Shown: one piece after another, positions 26,066 to 38,000 of the stretch
Numbering within the stretch: the stretch's first letter is position 1
Layout: each line of letters starts with the position of its first letter
Source of the DNA: Ophelia neglecta
Taxonomy: Eukaryota
NCBI GenBank assembly: GCA_965285935.1
Contig: OZ260662.1
Location: 77,252,001 to 77,316,000 of the forward strand
Direction: 5' to 3'
DNA: 64,000 nucleotides
Notes under the pieces: generated by a model
Database searches by the model: none
What the model was told of the DNA's origin: nothing
Seen by the model: the letters and a program-made list of their open reading frames with translations, nothing else
Program-made: the position numbers and the translations under genes

Positions 26066-29000
26066 ACTAACAGAGATGAAAGGAAAAGTGACAACCCAAT
26101 ATTAAATCACCAAGTCATGGTGTTATACACAGGAGAGGACATATATTTATACCTGCAGTTTCCTTTTAAAATTAAATAATTCCATTCTTAACAAGATTCC
26201 TTCAACCAGGATTGCCAGACCAAGAGAACTTGCTCCTACAGTGTAGAAGACAGGAGTCTGGGTGACAAGCTGTAAGTTCTCCAGCCAGTCGAAGCCACAC
26301 TTTTTAGTGACACTGATGTTGGAATAGAACCAATAAATTGTCCCTGAAGTCTTACTGATCAGGAGTTATGAGCACAGGGCAATGTTCCTATGGGAAAGCC
26401 TGTTTGTGGCCATTTCTTAGCTGTCATGGCCAATCAGAGGCCTATTGATTGGACCGGGCAGGAATAACATTTCTGAAGAGAAGAGAGTGAAACTTGTAGA
26501 CAGCAGTCATGAAACTCGTGGCAGACCTTGGCATAAGGATACTGGCATAGTCAACAACTACTGACAGGGTGGCCAACAGGGCTAAATACTCTAAGAAGGT
26601 GACCAACATATTAAATGGGACCATTGACTGGGTGACCAGCCAACAGGCAATCACTGAGGAAAGAATGGTCAGCAGGCTTTGACTTACACTTGTGAGTGAG
26701 GCAAGTCGGCCAAAAGACCTTTATTTTCTGTAATGCTCCCCATTACACAATGTTATGATGGGTATTAAAATGGAACAGAGTGACAGACAAGTCTTAAGCC
26801 CACACTTTTTATTATTCACTGCTGCTATTCTGGACATATAGGCCCACACCCTAGAGCGTTTAGGTGCCAGGCTGCACCAAATAGAAGGAATTGATGGTGT
26901 TGTGCTCATCCATCCCCCTAAAAAAACTAAATTATGGCTCATTTTTTTTATATCCCTCAGTAGGCACAGGAAGTGCACATTACCTTACACTTCATTGTCA
27001 CTCTTGCCTATGTGGCCAGCAAACCTTGCCACTTCTGATAGCGTGACCAAAAAATAAGTATCAATTTTACACATATCTTATAGACAAGGTGGCATATAGG
27101 TCCTGCCAAAGGAAGCAACTAAGCCAACAGGAACTAATACAAGTATAAACATTTACAATGAAAACATAAACTTAGAGCACTTGTTACTCAATACAAAGTG
27201 GCTACTAGGCCATTGGTGCCATGGACATGGAGACTGGCGGACCTTGAGTGATCTACTCTAGTTCAGGCCTTGACCTCCCTCCACCCCCATCCCCACCCCC
27301 ACCATCAGGTCTGGGCATCATTGACACATTGGCACCACGCTTCTAAATACCACATGTATCTTTAATAGGTTACAAGTCAAGAAATATGTGTGCAAAGTAT
27401 AATAAGCTATCTAGATAAATTCCTCCTTATTAAATTTATTTTCATTTCCTTTTATTGATAATAAAGCTACATTTCTACTGAAGATGTCTTTTATTTTTTC
27501 CTGGACATGTTCAGCAATTGTCTAAAACCTGACACACACTCAAACAAGGATTGGAAATGTAGAATACTGACAAATATATCAGGTTTCTTTAATAAGACTG
27601 GCAGAAATTGTGCATATTGGGTTTCAGACAGCCAATGGAAATAACATTCTCATTATGATATATGTCTTAGCAAGAAGCAAAAGGAGGCAATTTCTATGCC
27701 GATCTAAACATAAATCCAATTTCTTTGAGAGTGGTGGGAATAGATCAGATCAGATTCCAGCAGCAGACTTTAAACAATCTTATGTCATACTGGGTAGGCT
27801 CAGTTGACATTCAACTGTGCAGCACAAAAGAAAAAATACAACATTAAGTGGTAGTTTTCTTTCTCCATCTCCCTGTTTTTCATCAGCTTTTATTCATTAC
27901 TGGCAGTCTAGGGTTGGTCGAGTTAAAAGATATTAGTGTTTTATCTAACTTTTTTTTATTCAAGTTCAATTTGCAGCCACTTCAGCAAGGACAATCAATC
28001 ACATAGTGATGAGGTATTGTCATTAAAACCAAGATCCTAATGATATGTAGCACATCTAATCAATCTTTGGGACCTTTTTTTGAGGCTTATGTTTGCCAAG
28101 GTAAACTGAGATATTGTAAAGGGCGCCCTCTGCCCAAAACGGACACCCCAATTAATCATGTCCACCAAGGAATGCCAATGCACAACGGGGGTTTTGTTGA
28201 GCAGTTTCTTAGTCAATTTGTATGTATGTCAAGTGGGAGCTTCGGCAAGGAGCTCGGTAAACGATACCAGCACCAGTATATGTGTCTCTTAAGAGATTGA
28301 TGAAATTAAAATGGTTAAAAGACAGTTTAGGACAATATAAAACAAAAGCAGGTCAGAAATTGACAGTTTGAATGCCATTTATCTTACAGACACAATACCA
28401 GGCTGAATTGGCTCAAGCCCAAATATTTGAACATAACCTAACGGCTGGCTTCGTTGGAAAACGCCAGTTAACACACCTTCAAATGTGTAATAATGACAAC
28501 ATGATAGCCATCAGTGCATAAAAAACATCAAGTGTAGTCCCAGACATAGTCATACAAGGAGTAATAGATCTAATTATCATCCTTTTATTGCCTTGTTATG
28601 ATAATGTGCAAGATGGAATTTGTGACTGAAATTGCATGTGGTAATTTGGCAAATCTAATCAGTTGTAGTTGACAAAGTACTATTGGTACTTAACAATTAA
28701 TCACCAAGTCAGGTTTACATACTCTCACCACAGGTCAACACACATCAGGTGGCATGTATATTAAACTCTCTCATATTGTGCTATAATACCATATCTGGCT
28801 GTACCATAGACTTATAAAATGTCTACTTGTAGCCATCTAGGACACAGTGACATTGTGTCTTTTATTGCACCAAAAGGACAAAGAAAGGTCATTAGAATGA
28901 TGAAATAAGTTCTTTTTATTAAGAATATTATTCTTTAATATTTTGCTTGTTTATTCCCACTTTCAACAAATAAGTGTAAATGTTATGAATTTATTGAATA

Positions 29001-29790
29001 CTCAAACATGTACATGTCCCCCCCCCCCCTTCCCACTTCATTAAATCATGCTTACATGGCTTTGTACTTTTTGTGCTGTAATTTCACCAAAAGGTAATGA
29101 CTTTTATCAATTTCATACTGATATTCGATAAAAACTACTCACGTGATCTGCCTCCTGCACATGACAGGAGGTGAGAAGGAGATTGCCCCATTCTGGCGAG
29201 CTCCTATAGCCTCTTGTGTTCTCCGGAGAGCCAACTGTCTACAGTCAGTCTTGTCCACAAGAGATCCTCTTTGTAAGGTCAAATCACTTCACAGTTCCAT
29301 TACCAGAATAAACAGATGAATGTCAGTCCCACCAGAAATGGGACTGTGACAGGTATAATGGTGAGGGCCTTTATATAATAACACCACGCCAGAAAATATG
29401 TTTAGGGTCCAGTCTCAAGCTTTATACAGATTCTAGAAGTGAACCACCAATATAACTCTCCCCTGTAAGGTGGAGCCTTCTGGCAGAATCAGCTGGTCAG
29501 ATCCAGTCAGATTACTGAAATCCTATTAAAGTCAATGCCTCCAAATGTTAAATGTGGTGAGGACACATACCATGAAGAGTATTTAAGCTGCTTTAGGTGC
29601 TCACAGGAACTTGGCTTAACCCATGTATGAACCAAAGAGGAATTATCCACTTGTAATGTCATGTACAGGTAACACTGGGGTTTAAATGGCACTTTTGATC
29701 ACCAGTCAATAAGTCTTTAAGGCCCCAGCCCACTGGTGAATATTTCCCAAATCCATACATATACAGTGTAGTCAGACTTTCAAGAGTTTG

Positions 29791-29830
29791 ATATATATAT
29801 ATATATATATATATAATTATATATATATAT
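29791..29830. repeat. (AT)n microsatellite
   Basis: (AT)12 plus an interrupted continuation. Confidence 0.92.
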
Positions 29831-32105
29831 TATTTATCTTCCATTAGCTTGCTCTGCTTCAAGGTTCTGGGTTACTTAAAACAATCCTGAAGAAAAGCTC
29901 TTCAGATCCTTGTTGACAAAAACCAAGTCAAACTAAGTGGCTACTGATACTACTATCAGTACGGACAAGTGAGCAGCTGAGCTATGAATCACTGAATCAC
30001 GTTAAAATGGACATGTCAAACTGGCCAGTGAGAGCATGAGGCTAGCCAGGCAGAGCAGACACTATGGCCCATGACATTCTCCAGGCAGACGTGAGCATTG
30101 CCACACACGTCTCAACCCACTCTCTATTAATTCACTGAAAACGCTTTTTTTAAGACAGTTATAGGATATGATCTAAATGTTATGCACATGAACTAAGCAC
30201 AAAATTAATGTATTTAAATTTCAACAGGTTGTTTCATCTACATGTATTTGAATATGACACAACATGAGAGGTATCAAATGATTGCTGCATGACTCATAAA
30301 TAAGTGATAACACCAAACACTGATTGAAACAATGACATTTACAAATAGCGACATCTCATGAAAAATCTAAAAATAAAACAATTTAATCCAATAGCTGAGC
30401 AGCAGCTGGGGAGACAAAAAGTGGCAGATACAAATGACTATGTCCTTCAATGTAAAGGCAGGCTGTCATGATAAGATCACCTTCACAGCTCTGGTTCCCT
30501 ATCTACCTCAGGTCTTCTAGGATGGTCCACTCACTGTGACCAGTGACTGACTGTCCACTCATGGTGACCATGCTAAATCCGGTTAAGACATTGAAATGAT
30601 TCCAAATGTGGCGCAATAGTCGCAAAATATTGCTGGCAAAATTATGAATGCAAAGCTACAGTATTTCATACTGCACCCAGACATTGGTGATAAATGATGA
30701 TGACTATCAGTCTGGCCAAGTGCCATTGGCTGAGTGTTATTAAAGGTATGTCACAGAGAGATAACCACCAGGCACTATGTATCCAAACACAATCACTACT
30801 GGCCCAATACAAATTTCACTGAACATCAATAATGGCCAAGTCTCTCTGACCCACCTCAATTACAACGGCTCCTCACCCTCAAAGTTCAGCCTGCCTTTGT
30901 CAAAATATATCTTGGGTCATGTTTTGTGATGAATTTTGAAAACTGTCAGCCAAATGTTCTTGTAGTGTTGTGAATGTCAGTTGCCACCGTGTATTATGTT
31001 AGCCATGAGTGAACCTACAAGCCCCTGGTTGTCCTATTCTTGTGGGGACAGCAGAGAGGATTTCCTGACTCCTGTATAGTGTATATACAAGTACCTTAAT
31101 CAGTCCTCTGCACAGCACCCTTTCCTGAACATCAGACCATATAGATACATGGCATATATCATAATATGATGAGTATCACTGAGCAGTATTCTGTTGGTAT
31201 TCTGTCCTAGGAGGCAGGTCCCACTATTCTCTCTGGTAGGCCCTTCTTTCTGTCAGTGGGATCTATCAGCCAGTTCTGTCTGATCTGACTCCCTTGTCTA
31301 CCAAGTGACATTCCCAGTCCCAATACAATGGAGATGAACTTTACACAGGGGTCCTACACATCTTCCCACTGTCCCAAACATTGTCAAGGGTCCAATAAAT
31401 CACCCCCCCCTCCCTCCCCCCAAACACTCCCTACCATTGAACTAATCCTCAACCATTCACACCTTCCATGCAATTTCATTACAAAGATGCTAGATAGCAT
31501 TACAGGTCTCAGGCCCCAGTAACAATCAAATTTGATAGGAGATTTCAGTCAGGGTGACAACATTAGATAACCTGGTCATCCATTTCAATGTTTCATTACG
31601 TCTGGTCAGTACTGTTTGTTAAGGGTCAAGCATGTGATTGGATTTCCAATACCAAACCAGAATGATTTATGGCTATCTGACTCATGTATTGGCCAATAAT
31701 AGCCAAGTGATCAGTGTCTAGGCTAGCACACCAAACTATGTGGCCAGAAAATGAAATATATCTTAGGGGCTTATTGCTTTACCTAATCCAACACCACAGA
31801 GAAGCTACGGACTAGAAAACTTGTGGTGGGCGCCTCTGGAAAGTGAGACAAATGACTCATACCCAATAACCGGGTTCTTTATTGTATTCCATAGGATTAG
31901 AACTGATTGATGAGTTAAATCTTATCTATCCGTGCTAATTCATGGTCAAGCAGTCAGGTTTAGTATAATTAAATGTCCATGGTGACAATTAGTTGACCTT
32001 CAGTTCACACATTCAGGAGTTGACTAATCCAGTGACTGGTTGAATGACAAATGATCTTGATTTGATGACCCTCCAAAAACAACCCATTGAAATTGTAATA
32101 CTCAC

Positions 32106-32460
32106 CATAGTTAACAAGGCTATGGACTCTATCATATAGTAGGAATTGTCACTTTTTACCTTTAATTAATTATAATTATGAGGTATCTAGAATTGTCTTG
32201 AATTAAATATATGGCTAAACAGCTTGTCTCCAATAGTCTATTACTGAAGCATCAGGATATGAACTTATAGATTGTGATGAGGCAGTCAGCTCATCCATCA
32301 GATCTGCCGTCAGCCCCTAGAAGCAACACTCCGTTCCCCATTAACTTGCCACAGCCGATCATCAGCGCCATCACGTTACAGCAGAAAAAGTTGGCCTCCT
32401 CCGCAGCCACCCGCCTGGCCAACTCTGAGAGCCAGGGCATAGAGAACAGTCAGCTAAACG
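32106..32460 (-). promoter_or_regulatory. CpG-retaining patch upstream of an ATG|GTGAGT donor; possible internal promoter or first exon
   Basis: Several CpGs at 32300-32460 against a depleted background; on the minus strand ctATG|GTGAGT, with GT at 32105-32104. Confidence 0.22.
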
Positions 32461-34126
32461 TACCACACAATACATGTCACACTGTATAATAATGTGGTGC
32501 CATATAGCGACAACAAAAAAAAGCTATTCAAAATCTCAAAAATTACATACATATACACACGCTGTGTTTCAAATGCACTTTACTCAATATAAAGATACAT
32601 GCAAATATACATGTATGCAGGTACATGTATATGTACATGTTTTGAAATACCCAGTATATCGGACTGTTCTGTGCAATGCAATTTTCCTGGTAAACTGGTC
32701 CACAAGTTTTTCTGAAGACCATTATCCATTATACAAGTTTTTAACAGATCCAATTTGGTTCCCCAGCCTTGAGAGATTTGCAAATAGCTCGCTGATGACA
32801 TTTCCATTGAAAGACATACATCTACTAGATATTGCCATTTAGACCAGCACCACACACCTCTATGAAACAAATATTGCACCAAAAAAAAAACAAGCCCACA
32901 GCCAGCTATATTATAGTCAACAACCAAACCAATATATATTCACAGAACTTCTATACAAGCATCGAAAATCTGTAAAATTGCATGATCATACACTGATAGA
33001 TGTTTATGGTAAACAATTCTTGTAATATATAGCAGTCATTAGTTGTGTTAATGTACATTAAAGTTTGTACTCTTGCCATGTTAATGGTAGCTTTGTGGGC
33101 TGATTTGTTTTAAGAATCATACATCAAAATTTAACATTCACAAACAAATCTGACACTTGTCTTTTCAACAACTGAGCTACAATAGATAATGTTTAATTAA
33201 CTCTTTTTCGTTCCTAATTCAAGCCTTCTATTAAATAGGGACTAGTAAACATTATTTAACTTAAAGATCTTATTCCACAAAATATTATAATTCCATAAAT
33301 ATACACATATAAAACATATGAAATATGTGTGTAATAAATGAGAAATACATCTTTCCTTGAAAAAAAAAGTATGCCTACTATCTACAGTTTATATGGGAAA
33401 AGTACATTCCGCAAGTTCCCACTGTGGATATAAGTGGTGAAAGGAAGAGACTTTAGCATCATTGATAACACCTCTCTGTCACAAGGTCAAAGAATCACAG
33501 GATTTCTGAAGAGAAAACCAGCCAGGATGAAAAATATACACTGGGAGAACAGCTACCAGTAGGTCATCAAAGAGGTCTAAACTAAACCATCGTGACTTGA
33601 GGTCATGACAAGTATGTGCTGAAGACACTGTATATCTGCTGACTAGCTGAGGACAGGAGGACATGACAAGGCCCTGTATAGTAGTGTGTCAAACTGGGAT
33701 GTAATCCCTGGAGACTCCCTACATACAATGTACATCAAGGATTGTGTCTGGCAGGCTGACATAGCAACAGGCAACAAATACTCACACACATATTTTCTGG
33801 CAGAGAGATAGATTCCAAAAGGAAACAAACACAGTCTCCCAAAATTTCTTCTAATAAGCCTAGTTTTTAGCAAAATTTACCCAAAAAAGTTCAAAATGTC
33901 ATGCACCAACAAACACATAACATATAGCATTCAGGGTAATGGAGCAATGTTCAGTGCCAAAAAGGTCCTCATACATACATATTAGAATAAATTGATCACA
34001 TATTTCAATTAAGTAGAGTGAGTATTACAGATTAATATATATACTTATACACATGTATAACCTTTAAGTATTTATATACAGACATGCAAGTGGTATTTTT
34101 ACACTTTAAAACAGAAGAGACATTAC

Positions 34127-34154
34127 CTTTTCTTGAAGACATTTGACCTCCCAT
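34127..34154 (-). CDS. Possible first coding exon MGGQMSSRK (phase-1 donor)
   Basis: ATG GGA GGT CAA ATG TCT TCA AGA AAA G|GTAATG; fits the MGxxxS N-myristoylation consensus; frame-compatible with 20891-20832. Confidence 0.22.
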
Positions 34155-34699
34155 CTGAGTAATTTCAGATCTGTCAATTCCAACAATTGCAACCACACAT
34201 GTCCAGATAAGGAACTGCTGAACTGTTGATCTAAAGGCACAGGAGACCAAAGAGGGTGTTCCTCTTGTCTAGTGACTAATGTCCAAAGTAAGCAAGGGTT
34301 GCAGCCCACTAAAGGCAATAAGTACATCAGAATTCTATTGGCTGCCTCCCTGTCACCATAAACTATGCACAATTTGTCCAGGAATTGGCAGAACATGCAA
34401 AGCCGGCATCTGACTTTAACCCCTGCTTTTTGCTTCCATTAGTTTAGATCAGGCACACAATATGCTCCTGGAACTGATGATCATGGGCTTATAACATGAC
34501 AGCCATGTTCTACAGTTAAGCAATAGTCCAACAATTTCTGCATAGCTAAGTAGCACTGGCAGGACGACCCTGGCAGGACACACAAAACTGGTGTGCTATT
34601 TTCCCAACAATCAACTTTTTTCCACAAATTCAGGATACTGTACCTGATACTTGTACTATATGTAAAAGTTGACAAACCAAAATCTATGTAGAGGTGGAT

Positions 34700-35000
34700 G
34701 AAGAAAGCCTGGCTGTTCTATTAATAGAAGTTCCCAAAAAATACACAAGTACAGGGAAGGGAGGGGGGGGGGGGGGCTGGCTATGTGACCTATGTAGAAA
34801 AAAATCACAATCCAACTACATGTAGAGGGGGAGGGTATAAGTCTGGGTATCTCCTGGGTACAAGTCCACAAACCACCACCCATGTACACTGTGTGAGAGC
34901 CCAAATAGAAGAGCCTGGCTATCTCTTAGGCACAAATACACAAATTATAATGCATGTACCTTGGGGTGAGCTTGAGGGGTGAGCCTGGCTGTCTCCTATG
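34700..35000. repeat. Old degenerate ~70-bp tandem array, ~5 units
   Basis: cctggct-like anchors at 34708, 34776, 34842, 34914 and 34984, most followed by cacaa... and catgta or purine tracts. Confidence 0.65.
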
Positions 35001-38000
35001 ACATTAATCTACCTGTATTCAGGAAGAACTGATCCCAAATTTAGTCTAGCACATGTCTATGCATCTCTTATCAATGCTGCACCCAGGGCACTCGCTGCCA
35101 ATCACATTCCATTTCCAATGCAGAATGTTAGAAATTCTGTTCCAAAATCAGATTTACTAGAAGCAGCATCATTAGAACAAATATATATTACTCTCAGCAT
35201 CTGGCTCCAACTAAGATAGATTCTCCTCTCAGAGGCCTGTGGAGGAACTGATGCTGATTTTGGGCCCTGTTTCCTTCATCAATTATCTTTCTGATGAGAA
35301 GCAATTATGTACTCTAAATACATACCAAATGAACAGCAACTGGGATATTTACTGGGGAGAAGTAGCTGCACTGACCTGTCAGTCTGGTACACCAGAAACA
35401 TAGTGTGAGGGCAGGTAAACAGTCAATAAGACATATTTACATGTATCTAGGAGAGGGACTTGTCACATACATGTAGGCTAATCACAGGGACCACACAAAA
35501 GTCACCAAATTTACTACCAGTAGTCTATTTTCCATTTGGTGCTTCCCATTAGACCATTTGTCTGGTGCTCTCTCACCAGGGGTTCTACTTTACACTGTAA
35601 ACAAACACATATAATGTCAGGCTAAGGGGTCTAGGTCACATGGGCAACAACAATGACACCAATTTTAATTGTTTTGCTGCCAACAAATAGAGGACCTATT
35701 CAACTACAGACAGTAATGCTATATTATGTGTATAGAGGAGACATGTGGTGCCTAGTATAACCCACCAGCATTGAAGGACTGAACCCCATAGCAGTAATAC
35801 CACAATACAATTCTTGTAAGGGTATCAATTTCATATGTCCATAAGAGGTTTTGAAATGAACTACTTTGTCATTGGTAAATTACCATATCACACATGGGTG
35901 GTCATCAACTGACATTCAGATGATATAGATATGTACTGCTTTCATCAAATGAAAGTAATATTTCTGGTAAGTTCGGTTTAAAGTAGTTTTCATTTCAACT
36001 CCTTCTTTCTAGATGCAGAACCTCATTAAGGTACTACTAGCCTCAGTACAGGCCACATTCGTGATAACACAGTTACATGTAGTACATATACCAAATAAGG
36101 TATGGCACATGTGAAAGAATAGAGAGTAAAAAAAAGACCATGTTCATGAACTGGAAGGTTTGCATACAACAACAAACACATACAGACACATTGTAAACTC
36201 CCTGTAGGAGTTCCATACATGGCAGTCCAACTATACTTACTTCAATTGTACAAAGGGAAATCACTGGCGGATAGAAAAATATAAATGCTTCACAATAAAC
36301 CATAGGAATAAAAGCATTTAATTAATTTAATATCAGAAAGCCACAACAGGATGGTTCCTCTCCTACCTGTTCAAGTTGCACACTGTGGGCCAAGTATACA
36401 ATGATCAGATTGGAGATGTCATTTTGAACTGTCTGTTTTCACAGCCAGTAATTGGCATTATGGTGAATCACAATACCATGGTGTCACTGATAAATTAGCT
36501 GCTTTAAGCTCATCATCTTGGGACTGTCAAGAATAAAATGACTGTAATTACAATCCACTGCTTACACTTAATTTCATCTACCATGGCTCCCCGTTGAATT
36601 ATAAGTACGTGTGTCGATTGAAAAGAAAACCACCAAATAAAAACCCCATTTAGTATGATTTACACATACAGTATAGCCCCAGTATTGCTAGATCAACATC
36701 AGACTCAGGATGCCTTCCTAGCTACCACCACACACACATCAGTGGCAGGTGTTTTCATGTTGAACTTATCAAACCCCGAGATGATAATCTTCTTTCATCT
36801 CCAATTTGAAATAGCAATTTAGAGGGTTTCCATTATATAAAATGGGTAAAGTATTAACACATAATACACATAGATGATAGAGGAGTTGACATATAACTAT
36901 GAAATCCATTTTTAATCAGACTTCTAGTTATTAAACCACTGCAACCTTCAATCAGTTTTATTTTTTTAGACAAGTGGCGCTAACAGAGATATTTTCCCAT
37001 GGCTAAACAAAGCAATTGCTGTTTCATTAATCATACACACAAATATTAAATAATACAAAAAGCAGCATTCATTATTGTCGTTCTCAGCTTTAGAAGTATC
37101 TGTAAAAAGTGATGTGCACCATCTGGCTATTTGATTGTTCATTTGATTTAACATTTTTTCATATTCAGTGATGATTATCCACAACATAATTAAGTAGGAA
37201 CATGCCAGGTGCTTGGCTGACAACTCTCGGATGTTTATGTAAAACTCGGTATTGTTATCTAATGATAATCAGTAGTGTGCAGGTTCTGCACTGTATTAAC
37301 ATTTACTGGGGTAGTTTTTTTGTATCCATTCTCAGCTACCAGGGCATTATACATGTACTGAGTGCCATGTCAGAACATCACATAGGAAGAGACAAAGACG
37401 ACAAGGACACAGTGGTGAGTCTATCAGTCCAAAAGGAAGCAAAAGTAAAACATGTCTTGACAATGATCAACTCTCACCAAAAATCATTTCCAAAAAAAAA
37501 CACCAGTCATCAAATCCAAAATAACTCCAAACGGATATATACCATAGTGCCTAATCTATCTTAAATAAATGCCTACAACCAATCATAATATTTCAAATCA
37601 ACACCATACTCATTATTTTAAAATGCATGCTTCAATAACCGCAATAACCAATGGCCAGCACCATGAAGCCAAAGTGTACAGTGAATATGAGGGAGGTATG
37701 ATAATTGGTCAAATAAAATTACCCTAATAGACTGGGCAACATTTCATAACTACTGACTGGTTTGGTTAAGGTTTATATAGTGTTACTTAGTATGGCCACT
37801 ATTAGAGGGCTTAACTGACAGCCTTCTTTTAATGGTTTATTATGCTAAATATTCAGTTGTTTTGAACATAATAAATCACAGCATGATAACCTAAAACTAT
37901 CTGTAACGTTAGGGTGCTGTACATATTGTTCTGCTGTAAATATTGTTCATGAGTGCACAATTCTCCCAACTGCCCAATAAATAACCTCAATTGTTTACTT

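Noticed and set aside
27166-27430. Resemblance to molluscan TGACCTT-containing non-autonomous (Helitron-like) elements
   Set aside because: Too decayed; no definable termini without a library search.
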